64,000 nucleotides of DNA from a bacterium. Lineage in GTDB: Bacteria; Chloroflexota; Dormibacteria; Aeolococcales; Bog-877. The notes beneath the pieces were generated by a model that made no database searches, was not told the DNA's origin, and was given only the letters and a program-made list of their open reading frames with translations. Below are positions 19,611-28,842 of the stretch, one piece after another. A program made the translations under genes and the position numbers. Location: assembly GCA_021801645.1 (NCBI GenBank), contig JAJYXT010000010.1, positions 25,052-89,051 of the forward strand. Direction: 5' to 3'. Positions within the stretch are counted from its first letter, which is position 1. Each line of letters starts with the position of its first letter.

Positions 19611-21218
19611 ATGCCGGAGGAGATCAAGCTTCGCATAGGGAACCTCGCCAAGGCGGTGCTGGTCACCGGCCAGGCCTACCAGGATCCCAAGGACGCGCTC
19701 AACGAGTTCATCTCCAACGCCGCGGACGCCTACCTGGCGGCCGATCGTAGGGGTGGCCGGATCACAGTGGTGCTGCGGCGCCAGGGCCGCCATCCCCTGA
19801 TAGCGGTGGATGACGAAGGCCCTGGGATGGACGCGGACCAGCTGCGCCGGGTGGCCCGGAGCCTCTTCGAATCTCAGAAGGAGGGGGATCCACGCACCCT
19901 GGGCGAGAAGGCCATCGGCCTGCTCGCCTTTCAGCAGTTGGGGGGGCGCTGCGATGTGGTGACCCGGCCGGAAGGTGGGGACCAGACCCATTGCCTGCAC
20001 CTGGATCGAGGCAGCACCATCGCCAAACTGGAGCTCACAGAGCGACGCAGGGCCCGGGTGGGGCCCGGCACCACGGTTTACCTCGGGGACCTGGATCCCG
20101 ACGCCGTTCGGGGAATCACCCTCAGGAAGCTGGTCGACTACCTGCAGCGGCGCCGTGGAGCTGCCATAGAGCGCGGAGACTACAGCATCGAGGTGGTGCA
20201 GGGCACCCACTCCGAGCTGGTCGCCCCCTTTCCCCCAGACGGGGTGCGTCTGCCGATCCCTCCCCGGCCCACCCTCCTGGGCCGGGTGGAGTTCTCGCTT
20301 CAGGTGGCTCCAAGACCGGACCACCGCCGGCGTGTCGCCGTGGTGGGTAGGGCGGGTACGACGATCATCGATGACATCTCCGACCTGGACGACTTCGATG
20401 GGCCGCCGTGGAACAGCGATCAGGTCGCTGGGCGGATCACCTTCGAACGGCTGCTGCAAACCGCCGGGCGCCGGGGCATTCTCCTTGATCGACAGGTTTA
20501 CCCCGTATTCCGCAATGCGGTGCGTGAGGTGGAACCACTGGTGACCGCAACCCTGGGCCGGCTGGCGGAGGAGTCCGACAGAGAGGTCAGCGACCGGGTG
20601 TCTGAAGCGGTCCGCAGGATCTTCGGTAGAGTCCTTCGCGAGCTTAGCGACCTGGAAAACCCGATGCGGAGCTGGATGGGCAGTGAGGATGGTGACGGGG
20701 CTGAGCTGCAGCTGCTCGTGGAGGCCGGCAACGAAGACCCGCTCGCCGGCGACGACGTCGAGAGCGGCGACGAGGATCTCCCCATTTCGCTCCAACCGGC
20801 GGCCCGGCCCGAGCGTCCCCAAGAGCCCCCCGGGTTCCCCGAGAGCGGCTCGAAGGCCGGGCGCCAGCGCTCGCGGCACCTGCCGACCCTGATCCCGGAT
20901 CCCCACCCCGAAGCCGCGCGGAGCCGCTTCGATCCCGACGCCGGCGCCGTGCTCTACAACCAGAGCCATCCCGACTTCCTCCTGGTTCGCGGTGACGAGA
21001 TGGCTCTGCTGGACTACCTGGCCACCCTGGTTGCCAAGGAATACGTCCTCTACAACCGTCCGCGGGCGGCCCCGGAGGAGCTGGCTGAGGAGCTGATACG
21101 AATGCTGGTAAGGGTGCGTCGCCACCTGATGCGCAGCAGGGCGATGGCACACCATTGGAGTACCGGGAGAGCCCGCGGTCACAGCCAGAGCGACATGACC
21201 CGGGCGGGGCCCGCGTAA
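19611..21218 (+). CDS. GHKL-superfamily ATPase (MutL/MORC-like, HATPase_c_3 type), standalone
   Basis: Bergerat motifs I NEFISNAADAY, II VDDEGPGMD, III GEKAIGLLAF and IV GPGTTVYLGDL (MutL-like GTTV). Followed by an acidic linker and a helical C-terminal region. Confidence 0.6.
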   Translation: MPEEIKLRIGNLAKAVLVTGQAYQDPKDALNEFISNAADAYLAADRRGGRITVVLRRQGRHPLIAVDDEGPGMDADQLRRVARSLFESQKEGDPRTLGEKAIGLLAFQQLGGRCDVVTRPEGGDQTHCLHLDRGSTIAKLELTERRRARVGPGTTVYLGDLDPDAVRGITLRKLVDYLQRRRGAAIERGDYSIEVVQGTHSELVAPFPPDGVRLPIPPRPTLLGRVEFSLQVAPRPDHRRRVAVVGRAGTTIIDDISDLDDFDGPPWNSDQVAGRITFERLLQTAGRRGILLDRQVYPVFRNAVREVEPLVTATLGRLAEESDREVSDRVSEAVRRIFGRVLRELSDLENPMRSWMGSEDGDGAELQLLVEAGNEDPLAGDDVESGDEDLPISLQPAARPERPQEPPGFPESGSKAGRQRSRHLPTLIPDPHPEAARSRFDPDAGAVLYNQSHPDFLLVRGDEMALLDYLATLVAKEYVLYNRPRAAPEELAEELIRMLVRVRRHLMRSRAMAHHWSTGRARGHSQSDMTRAGPA

Positions 21219-21293
21219 TCCAGGGGCGACCATGGACCAACAGAGCGCGACATCCATCCGCAGGGCGCCCACTTCCCTTAGGAGACCGGAGCT

Positions 21294-22268
21294 TTGAAGA
21301 ACCTCACCACCTACCTGGACACCCGGGGGCTGCCCGACCGGTTGAGCGGCGGCGCCCGCCGGATCCCGATCGACACGCCGTCCGGGCCCCACCTCGTCTG
21401 GACCAAGCGCATCGGCAACAACCCCCAGCTCAAGGTCCTGCTCCTGCACGGAGGGCCGGGCTCGACGCACGAGTACCTGGAGGCCTTCGACAGCTTCCTC
21501 CCCGCGGCGGGAATCGAGTACTACTACTACGACCAGCTGGGGTCGGGCAACAGCGACCAACCCGACGCTCCCGAGCTCTGGCAGCTGGACCGCTTCGTGG
21601 ACGAGGTCGAGCAGGTGCGCCGGTCGCTCGGGCTAACCCCGCAAAACTTCGTCCTGTATGGGCAATCCTGGGGCGGACTGCTGGCCATGGAGTACGCGCT
21701 GACTCACCCAGGGCGGCTGCGCGGGCTGGTGATCTCCAACATGATGGCCAGCGCCCCCGCCTACACGGCCTACGCCGAGTCCGTCCTCGCCCCGCGGATG
21801 GACCAGGCGGCACTCGCCGAGATTCGGGCCCTGGAGGCCGCGACCGACACCGAAAATCCCCGCTATCTCGAGCTGCTGATTCCGCATCACTACGAGCGCC
21901 ACGTGCTGCGCATGCCGGCCAGCGAGTGGCCCGACCCGGTGCAGCGGGGCTTCAGCCACATCAACCCGGCGATCTACGTGCCGATGCAGGGCCCGAGCGA
22001 GCTGGGCATGAGCCGGGAGGCCAGCCTGGCTCTCTGGGACCGGGTCGGGGACCTGAGACGGATCACCGTCCCCACCCTGGTCATGGGCGCGGAGCATGAC
22101 ACCATGGACCCCGATCATCTGCGGGAGATGGCCCGGCTCCTACCTCAAGGGCGATACCATCACTGCCCCAACGGGAGCCACCTGGCCATGTATGACGATC
22201 AGGAAGTGTATTTCAGCGGTCTCCTGGACTTTCTGAGCGACCTGGACCGTGGGGCGAACAGCGAGTGA
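21294..22268 (+). CDS. pip: Proline iminopeptidase (S33 alpha/beta hydrolase)
   Basis: LLHGGPG...GQSWGG (nucleophile elbow) with the overall PIP pattern. Confidence 0.85.
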   Translation: MKNLTTYLDTRGLPDRLSGGARRIPIDTPSGPHLVWTKRIGNNPQLKVLLLHGGPGSTHEYLEAFDSFLPAAGIEYYYYDQLGSGNSDQPDAPELWQLDRFVDEVEQVRRSLGLTPQNFVLYGQSWGGLLAMEYALTHPGRLRGLVISNMMASAPAYTAYAESVLAPRMDQAALAEIRALEAATDTENPRYLELLIPHHYERHVLRMPASEWPDPVQRGFSHINPAIYVPMQGPSELGMSREASLALWDRVGDLRRITVPTLVMGAEHDTMDPDHLREMARLLPQGRYHHCPNGSHLAMYDDQEVYFSGLLDFLSDLDRGANSE

Positions 22269-22837
22269 CCAGTCCGGGGACCCCGATGCCACGGCGGCCT
22301 GGAACGGCGGAGCGGGTGTAGGGTCGCAGCGGAGGCGCGTTCGGCCAAGCTTCGGGCCGTAACCGCTGCCGGGGCTAGAATCCCTGGGCAAGCGACCGCG
22401 GGAGCGTGGCCCAGCAGGTCACGATGGCTCAGCGGTGAGCCCACCCAGCCGCCGCCGTCTCTCGGTCATCTGGCTTCCTCCTGGTTGACCTGCCCAGCAT
22501 GCCAAGCAGTTGTCCCAAGAAATCGTGGACCGGGGAAGACGTCGCCAATTTGGGGTGGAGGTTTGAGAAAGGCAGCTCCGCTCCACCGACTTGTGTGGGT
22601 CGCATTCAGCCGATGGTGCGGCGCGGACCCTCCAGTGGAACTCCGAGCGTGTGGTCCGGCTCGCGGAAAGGAAGCATCGCGTCCGTGTCCGTCCGTAGGT
22701 GAACCGCGAACCGCCCAAACTTTCGCCCGGGCTAATGGCCACGCCCGTTCGGGGTCTTTCCCGGGGTAGGGTCCCGCGGCAAGTGCTCGGCATTCGGTTC
22801 CGGCTATGTGGTCTTGACCACGGTGGAGAGAGCTAAC

Positions 22838-24247
22838 GTCAGGAGTTGTGCAAATTGACCCGGGCCGTCGGCTGACCTCAGGGAAAGCGACGGCGTAGCC
22901 TACCAGGCAACGAACTCACGGAGAGACCCGCTGGAACGGGTCCGCACTGGAGGCTACGCCGTGTCTGCAAAGTATCAGATCCTGCCGCCCACCGCACCGG
23001 TGGCGGCGCCCCAGGACCTCTTGGAGGCTGTGGTCCGAAGCGGGGCGCACAGCTTCTGCGGGCCGCCTTGGAGGCGGAGGTGGAAGAGTTCCTTGGCCGC
23101 GCCCGCTATCAGCGGGTGCCGGAGTTCCGGGGCTACCGTAATGGCCACCTGCCCCGGCGCACGGTCGGGGTGGGCATGGGGGCGGTGGAGGTCCGGGTCC
23201 CGCGGGTGCGGGACGTTCCCCAGGAGATGGCCCCAGGCGGCTTTGAATCGGCGATCGTGCACCGCTACGAGCGCCGCTCCCAGACCCAGGCCCGTCTCCT
23301 GGCCCGCCTGTACCTGGAGGGGCTGTCCAGTGGCGACTTCGAGCCGGTGTTCCGGGTCCTGGTGGGCTCGACCGCGGCGTTGTCCCCGAACAGCATCCTG
23401 CGACTGAAGCAGGAGTGGGCCCAGGAGTACCAGCTCTGGAGAGCCCGGCCTCTCACCAATCGCTACGTGTACCTGTTCGCCGATGGGGTCTACCTCAAGG
23501 CCGGCCTGGAGCACGAGAAGACGGTCCTACTGGTGGTGATCGGGGTGGCGGCGGATGGCCGCAAAGAGCTGCTGGCCATCGATGAGGGCTATCGCGAGAG
23601 CCGGGAGTCGTGGGCTGGGGTGCTGCGCTCGCTGCGGGAACGCGGTCTGACCGAGCCGCCCATCCTGGCAGTCGGCGACGGAGGGCTCGGGCTCTGGGCA
23701 GCCCTGGACGAGGTCTACCCCGAGACCCGCCACCAACGCTGCTGGAACCATCGCACTCTGAATGTTCTGGACAAGCTCCCGCGGCGGCTCCACGCCGAGG
23801 CCCGCCGGGCCATCCACGCCATGTACGAGGCCCCCGATCGCCAAGCCTGCGCTGGGCTGCGAGTCACCTACTGCGCCCAGCTGCGAGCCCAGGGCCAGAC
23901 CGACGCCGCCGAGTGCCTGGAACGAGACTGGGACGACTTCCCGCAGGAGCACTGGATCCACCTGCGCACCAGCAACCCCATCGAGTCGGTCTTCGCCGGG
24001 GTCCGGCTCCGCACCGACGCCGCCAAGCGCATGCGGGTTCGCGAGAACGTGCTCTACCTGGTGTTCAAGTTGGCCGTTCGGCTCAGCACCAATTGGCGTG
24101 GGATCAACGCCCCCAACCAGCTAGACCTGCTCTTCGCCGGCCACCTCTTTGTGGATGGCCGGCTTCAACTCACCCAACCCCCACTGGATGAAACCGCCGC
24201 CTGATCCACCCGCCCCGCCTGGAGGCTTTTACACAACACTTGACAGG
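22838..24247 (+). mobile_element. IS256-family insertion sequence, copy 1 (~1.41 kb) with imperfect terminal inverted repeats
   Basis: IRL GTCAGGAGTTGTGCAAATTG and IRR (reverse complement) GTCAAGTGTTGTGTAAAAGC flank a Mutator-type transposase. Confidence 0.7.
22961..24204 (+). pseudogene. IS256-family transposase, frameshifted (1-nt frame change near 23040)
   Basis: The N-terminus (VSAKYQILPPTAPVAAPQDL...) is in a different frame from the body (EAEVEEFLGRARYQ...DGRKELLAIDEGYRES...HQRCWNHRTLNV). The intact paralog at 25316 is collinear across the join. Confidence 0.7.
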
Positions 24248-24276
24248 AGCTCCCGGAGATCTGGGAGACTTGTCGC

Positions 24277-24882
24277 GTGGAGTACTTCGTCTATGGTCGG
24301 GACAAGCCCGACACTGGGGACGTGCGTCGGGAGTTGGCGGAGGCACATTGGTCCTTCATGGATCGATTTGCCGATTCGATGGTCGCGCGGGGACCGACAT
24401 TGGTCACCGGCAGTGAGGACGAGATGACCGGAAGCGTGCACATTGTCGACTTGCCGGACGCGAGCGCGGCTGACGATTTCGCCCATCAAGAGCCCTACTA
24501 CCGAGCTGGGGTCTTTGAGAGCGTGCTCATCCGGCGCTGGCACAACTCGCTCGGACGAACTATGTGGGACTTCGTCGGCGGCGGTGGCCGACGCTTTCTG
24601 GTGATCGGTCATGGGGCCGAGAAGGCGGCTCTCCGTCGAGCTGAGCTTCGCGATCGTCAGATCGAATACTTAGCCGACGGTGGCTTCGCAAAGGGGCTGA
24701 TTGTATGTGGACCCTTGCTATCAGATGACGGCTCCGAGTGGACGGGAACCGCCCTCTTGGTTGAGTTAGCCGACCGGGACGCCGCCGAATCCATGATGGC
24801 GAAAGGACCCTACGCCGAAGCGGGACTTTACGGGACAGTCGAGATCCACGACTGGCGCTTCGGTGGACGCCCTCAGACGTAG
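24277..24882 (+). CDS. YciI-like (tandem YCII-related domain) protein
   Basis: Two YciI-like repeats. GC3 is noticeably lower than in core genes. Confidence 0.65.
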   Translation: MEYFVYGRDKPDTGDVRRELAEAHWSFMDRFADSMVARGPTLVTGSEDEMTGSVHIVDLPDASAADDFAHQEPYYRAGVFESVLIRRWHNSLGRTMWDFVGGGGRRFLVIGHGAEKAALRRAELRDRQIEYLADGGFAKGLIVCGPLLSDDGSEWTGTALLVELADRDAAESMMAKGPYAEAGLYGTVEIHDWRFGGRPQT

Positions 24883-25190
24883 GCATCCGTCACTTCAAGA
24901 TCATTAAAGCGTTCCATTCTGAAAGACTGCCACGAGTAAGCAGGGGACGCCCAAGCGGAAGACAGGAGCGCACCCGATCGCATGCGCCCGATTCGTCCAT
25001 CTGCCCTTGTAACCCATCGCTGTAGAGGAATGTCTGCCAGAACGGGATCCCGACCACGATCTGACCCAGCCGTCGATTACCGGCACAGTCCACCAGATCC
25101 TGCCGCACTGGAGTCCCGCACGGGAGCGCCCTGGTGGCGCTCTGCATACCACTCGAGCAGGGCCCGCTGTCGGAGGACCTCAGCGAGGTA

Positions 25191-26622
25191 GTTTGAGTAC
25201 TTGTGGAAATAGCTGTCGAGGTCCGGGCTGACCGAGACAAAGACGGCGTAGCCTTCCAGGTGTTGAACCAACCAATCGGCTCGCGCCGCGGGTCGATCCT
25301 GGAGGCCACGCCGTTATGTCGAGACGCTATCAGGTTCTGGCACCGACCGCACCCGTTCCCGCTCCGGACGATCCCCTGGAGCAGTTGGCCCGCGAGGGGG
25401 TGCAGCGGCTGCTGCAAGCCGCTCTGCGGGCAGAGGTGGACGACTTCCTGGGCCGGGGCAGGTACCAGCGCGGTGGGGAGTTCCGGGGGTACCGCAATGG
25501 GCACCTTCCGGAGCGGAGCGTAGGGGTGGGGATGGGAGCGGTCAAGGTGCGCCAGCCCCGGGTCAGCGACGTCCCGGAAGGGGTGGAGCCGTTCCAGTCG
25601 GAGCTGCTGGGGAAGTGGGAGCGCCGGTCCCGGACCCAGGCCCGGCTGCTGGTGCGGCTGTACCTGGAGGGGCTGTCCACCGGGGACTTCGAGCCGATCT
25701 TCCGGGCCCTGGTCGGGGAGACGGCGGCGCTGTCGCCGAGCAGCATCGTGCGGCTGAAGGACGAGTGGGCTGACGAGTTCCGGCTCTGGCGGGGACGGCC
25801 GATCCGGGAACGCTACGTGTACCTGTTCGCGGACGGGGTGTACCTGAAGGCCGGCCTGGAGAAGGAGCACACGGCCGTCCTGGTGGTGTTGGGGGTGAGC
25901 GCGGACGGACGCAAGGAGTTGCTGGCGATGGAGAAGGGGTACCGGGAGAGCGCCAGCTCCTGGGGCGAGGTGCTGCGGGACCTCAAGGCTCGAGGGCTGA
26001 CTGAGGCGCCCCTACTCGCGGTCGGGGATGGTGGCTTGGGGTTCTGGGCGGCGCTGGGGGAGATCTACCCCCAGACCCGGCACCAGAGGTGTTGGAACCA
26101 TCGGCGCCTGAACGTGAGGGACAAGCTCCCCAAGCGGCTCCAGGCGGAGGCCAAGGCCACCATCCGGGAGATCTACGAGGCCCCAACCCGGGCCGAATGC
26201 TGCCGCCGGCGGGCTGAGTACTGCATTAAGCTGCGAGCCACCAGGCATGGAGATGCGGCGGACTGCCTGGAGCGGGACTGGGGGGACTTCACCGCCTTCT
26301 ACGACTTCCCTGAGGAGCATTGGACCCACCTGCGGACCTCCAACCCGGTGGAGTCGATCTTCGCTGGAGTCCGGCTCCGGACCAACTCCACCAAGCGGCT
26401 GCGCTCCCGGGAGAACGCCCTCTACCTGGTGTTCAAGCTGGTCCTCCGCCTCAGCACCAACTGGAGACCGATCAACGGCCGCAACCAGCTGGCCTTGCTC
26501 CTGGACGGGGAATACTTCGACGACGGTCGCCTACGACGAACTTCCACCACCAGGGAGGGTACTGCCGCTTGAGCAACTGACCCGTCTTCCTGGAAGGAAT
26601 TTCCACAAGGCTTGACAAATCC
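25191..26622 (+). mobile_element. IS256-family insertion sequence, copy 2 (~1.43 kb)
   Basis: IRL GTTTGAGTACTTGTGGAAATAG and IRR (reverse complement) GGATTTGTCAAGCCTTGTGGAAATTCC. Inserted into a tyrosine integrase gene. Confidence 0.7.
25316..26572 (+). CDS. IS256-family (Mutator-type) transposase, intact, 418 aa
   Basis: Full-length collinear homolog of copy 1 (about 75% aa identity), with the catalytic region ...DGVYLKAGLE...HQRCWNHRRLNV... Confidence 0.9.
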   Translation: MSRRYQVLAPTAPVPAPDDPLEQLAREGVQRLLQAALRAEVDDFLGRGRYQRGGEFRGYRNGHLPERSVGVGMGAVKVRQPRVSDVPEGVEPFQSELLGKWERRSRTQARLLVRLYLEGLSTGDFEPIFRALVGETAALSPSSIVRLKDEWADEFRLWRGRPIRERYVYLFADGVYLKAGLEKEHTAVLVVLGVSADGRKELLAMEKGYRESASSWGEVLRDLKARGLTEAPLLAVGDGGLGFWAALGEIYPQTRHQRCWNHRRLNVRDKLPKRLQAEAKATIREIYEAPTRAECCRRRAEYCIKLRATRHGDAADCLERDWGDFTAFYDFPEEHWTHLRTSNPVESIFAGVRLRTNSTKRLRSRENALYLVFKLVLRLSTNWRPINGRNQLALLLDGEYFDDGRLRRTSTTREGTAA

Positions 26623-27187
26623 TCTCGAACCGACTGCCGGCTGCGGCGCGACACAGCTCCCGCGCCTGGGCACCGCTCAAGGTCTCCATCTCGTGGGTTG
26701 CCATGCGCGGCGGAGGGACCAGGCCGACCACGTTTCTGGAGATTACCCCCCAGCGGACCGCGTCAGCCAGGGCCCGGTGCAGCACGGCATGAGCGTGGTG
26801 AACGGTGGATGGGCTGATCCCCATCCCCAACATCCGCCCGTGCAACGCTTGGACCTTCTGGACGTTGAGATCCCCAATCCGAGTTGCGCCCAGCAGGGGC
26901 AGGAGGTGGATTCGGCCCAGTTCCTCGTACCGCGTCCAGGTCCGCGGCCGAAGATTGGACCGTATCGACGGCAGCCACACGCTCCAGAACCTCCCGAAGG
27001 GCTCGCGCGACCCCAGGGGCAGCTGACCCTCCTGATTAGCCCGCAGCGCCGAGACCAACTGGCGGCTGACCGACTCCCGCGTCTGGCCGTACAAGCGGTA
27101 CCTGTGTCCACCCAGAACGACGGCCGCCTCCCAGCGACCATCCTTGCGCCGGTAGATGGTGCCTTCTCCAGCAGCCCGCCTACCCAT
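26623..27187 (-). pseudogene. Tyrosine recombinase/phage integrase, C-terminally truncated by the IS insertion
   Basis: MGRRAAGEGTIYRRKDGRWEA...ISPSTVHHAHAVLHRALADAVRWGVISRNVVGLV..AAAGSRFE parallels the intact integrase at 31301..32443 up to ...AAAGDRFE. Beyond that point the reading frame reads into IS sequence. Confidence 0.8.
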
Positions 27188-27950
27188 CGCCAGGGCCCCT
27201 TCCCAGTAGAGCTGGATAGACGGCATGGCGTGGTCCAAGCGCAGGATCCGCTCGAGTGTGGAGGCCACCCCGCAACGGGCCATGCCGGGGGGAGGTATGC
27301 CGTGCGGACCGTGCTTTGTCATAGACCATTCCGCAGGGTTAGGTCCGCTGAGGGCGGCGATATGGGCCGTCGAGGGGTCGGCGCTCCGAACCAGGACGCC
27401 GCCGCGCGCGTCGAAGGTAGCCACGGCCACCGCGAGCCTGCCGCGCCTCGGGTGGGCTCCGCTGGCGAAGCCGTCCACCGACTGACTTGATGCTTAAGGG
27501 GATCCTGATCTCGCCCTGATCTGAGAGCCGTGTATTTTGACCCCACGGTGTTACAGGCACTCGTGGGGCCACCCAGCCCCTCAGCGTGCTCGAGACCGAG
27601 ACCGGGCTGGGTCCAAGCCCGACAGCGGAACTGGGATCCATTGGGGACCGACTCCAGGGCTGCGGCGGTCCGGATTGGCCGGCCGCTGGCACCCCGGCCC
27701 TCCGACTCCACGGGCCGCCCTTCCCCTGCCTTGGAGGCCGGGCGGGCGGCCCACTGGTCGCGAAGGGTCCGGCTTCAGCTACGCCACCGGACCGCCGCGG
27801 TCATGGGCCACACCCTCCGGAGCCCGGCTGCGGTGTAGACGCTGGCCCGCACCGGTTCCATTCGTGGCGGGCGGCGCAAGAGGCTGGATCCCTTTGCCGT
27901 CAATGATGCCGTCAAGCCCAGGCGACCGACCCCAAAAATCGGACTCCGGA

Positions 27951-28017
27951 GGCCATTTTGATCTCAATCTGCTGGAGGCGACTCCGGGAATCGAACCCGG
28001 GATCGCGGTTTTGCAGA
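27951..28017. repeat. Direct repeat of the tRNA-Cys 3' end plus about 20 bp of downstream flank (att-site scar between tandem islands)
   Basis: ATTTTGATCTCAATCTGCTGGAGGCGACTCCGGGAATCGAACCCGGGATCGCGGTTTTGCAGA is near-identical to 33691..33757, which overlaps the tRNA-Cys gene. Confidence 0.75.
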
Positions 28018-28266
28018 TCCCCCGGATCCGTTTGGGGCCGTCCGCCGGCGTCCGTTTCGAGATCAAGAACGGACCCATCCGTCCGCTGAGGTGCGCCTGC
28101 GGCCGCCGAAGTTCGTCCGGGTTGGGGTCAAAATTGGGGTCGAGATGGGCAGGCTGCCAGAGGCACCCGACACCGACGCGTCCCGCGCACCAGCCATGTG
28201 GTCTCGTGGGGCCCGAGAGCCCCATCAGGATCCGGGACGGTACGGTTTTCGGCCCCTCCAGCGTTG

Positions 28267-28842
28267 ATGGCACAGGTGGATCATTTGAAACCGGTGGAGG
28301 ACACCGCACATGCCTCGTGGAAAGGGACCGACCGAGGGCGGGCAACTCTGCTCCCGTTCGACGAGGTCTATCAACGCCACAGCCACGACATCTACCGCTA
28401 CTGTCTGGCAAGGCTGGCGAACCCGGCGGCCGCAGAGGACGCAACCGCCGACGCGTTCATGAAGGCCTTCTCCGCCTACTTGAGAGTCCGACCAGAGTCA
28501 GACGGGGTCCGGCTGTGGCTATTTCGGATCGCCGGGAACGTCGTTAATGACCACAATCGCCGCCAGGTGCGAGGCAAGCGCCTGATTTCAGCGTTGGTTG
28601 GCCGCCTTGGATCTGCGCAAGATCCCGAAGCACAAGCGATCCTCACTGCGGAGGTGCGGGGAGTTCTTGATGCTCTCGCCCTGCTTTCTCCTCGAGAGCG
28701 CCAGCTGGTCGGCCTTCGGGCCGGGGCCGGACTCCCGTATTCGGACATTGCAGCCTTGACCGACATGAACGAGAACTCCGCCCGCGTCGCCACACACCGA
28801 GCGCTTCAGCGGCTTCGAGCCGCGGTGGGATCTCCCCGATGA
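28267..28842 (+). CDS. ECF-type RNA polymerase sigma-70 factor
   Basis: Region 2 (YQRHSHDIYRYCLARL...DATADAFMKAF) and region 4 (LSPRERQLVGLRAGAGLPYSDIAALTDMNENSARVATHRALQRLR). Confidence 0.8.
   Translation: MAQVDHLKPVEDTAHASWKGTDRGRATLLPFDEVYQRHSHDIYRYCLARLANPAAAEDATADAFMKAFSAYLRVRPESDGVRLWLFRIAGNVVNDHNRRQVRGKRLISALVGRLGSAQDPEAQAILTAEVRGVLDALALLSPRERQLVGLRAGAGLPYSDIAALTDMNENSARVATHRALQRLRAAVGSPR

Noticed and set aside
19596-21560. 654-aa minus-strand ORF
   Set aside because: Antisense to the GHKL ATPase gene, which has all four Bergerat motifs in order.
22380-22460. Segment with tRNA-like D-arm sequence (TGGCTCAGCGGTGAGCC) just after the peptidase gene, considered as a possible distal att site or tRNA fragment
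   Set aside because: Could not be folded into a cloverleaf. No matching anticodon or T-arm, and no similarity to the tRNA-Cys repeat.
24890-25870. 326-aa minus-strand ORF
   Set aside because: Mostly antisense to the intact IS256-family transposase. The 24890..25190 part corresponds to broken gene remnants, not a coherent protein.
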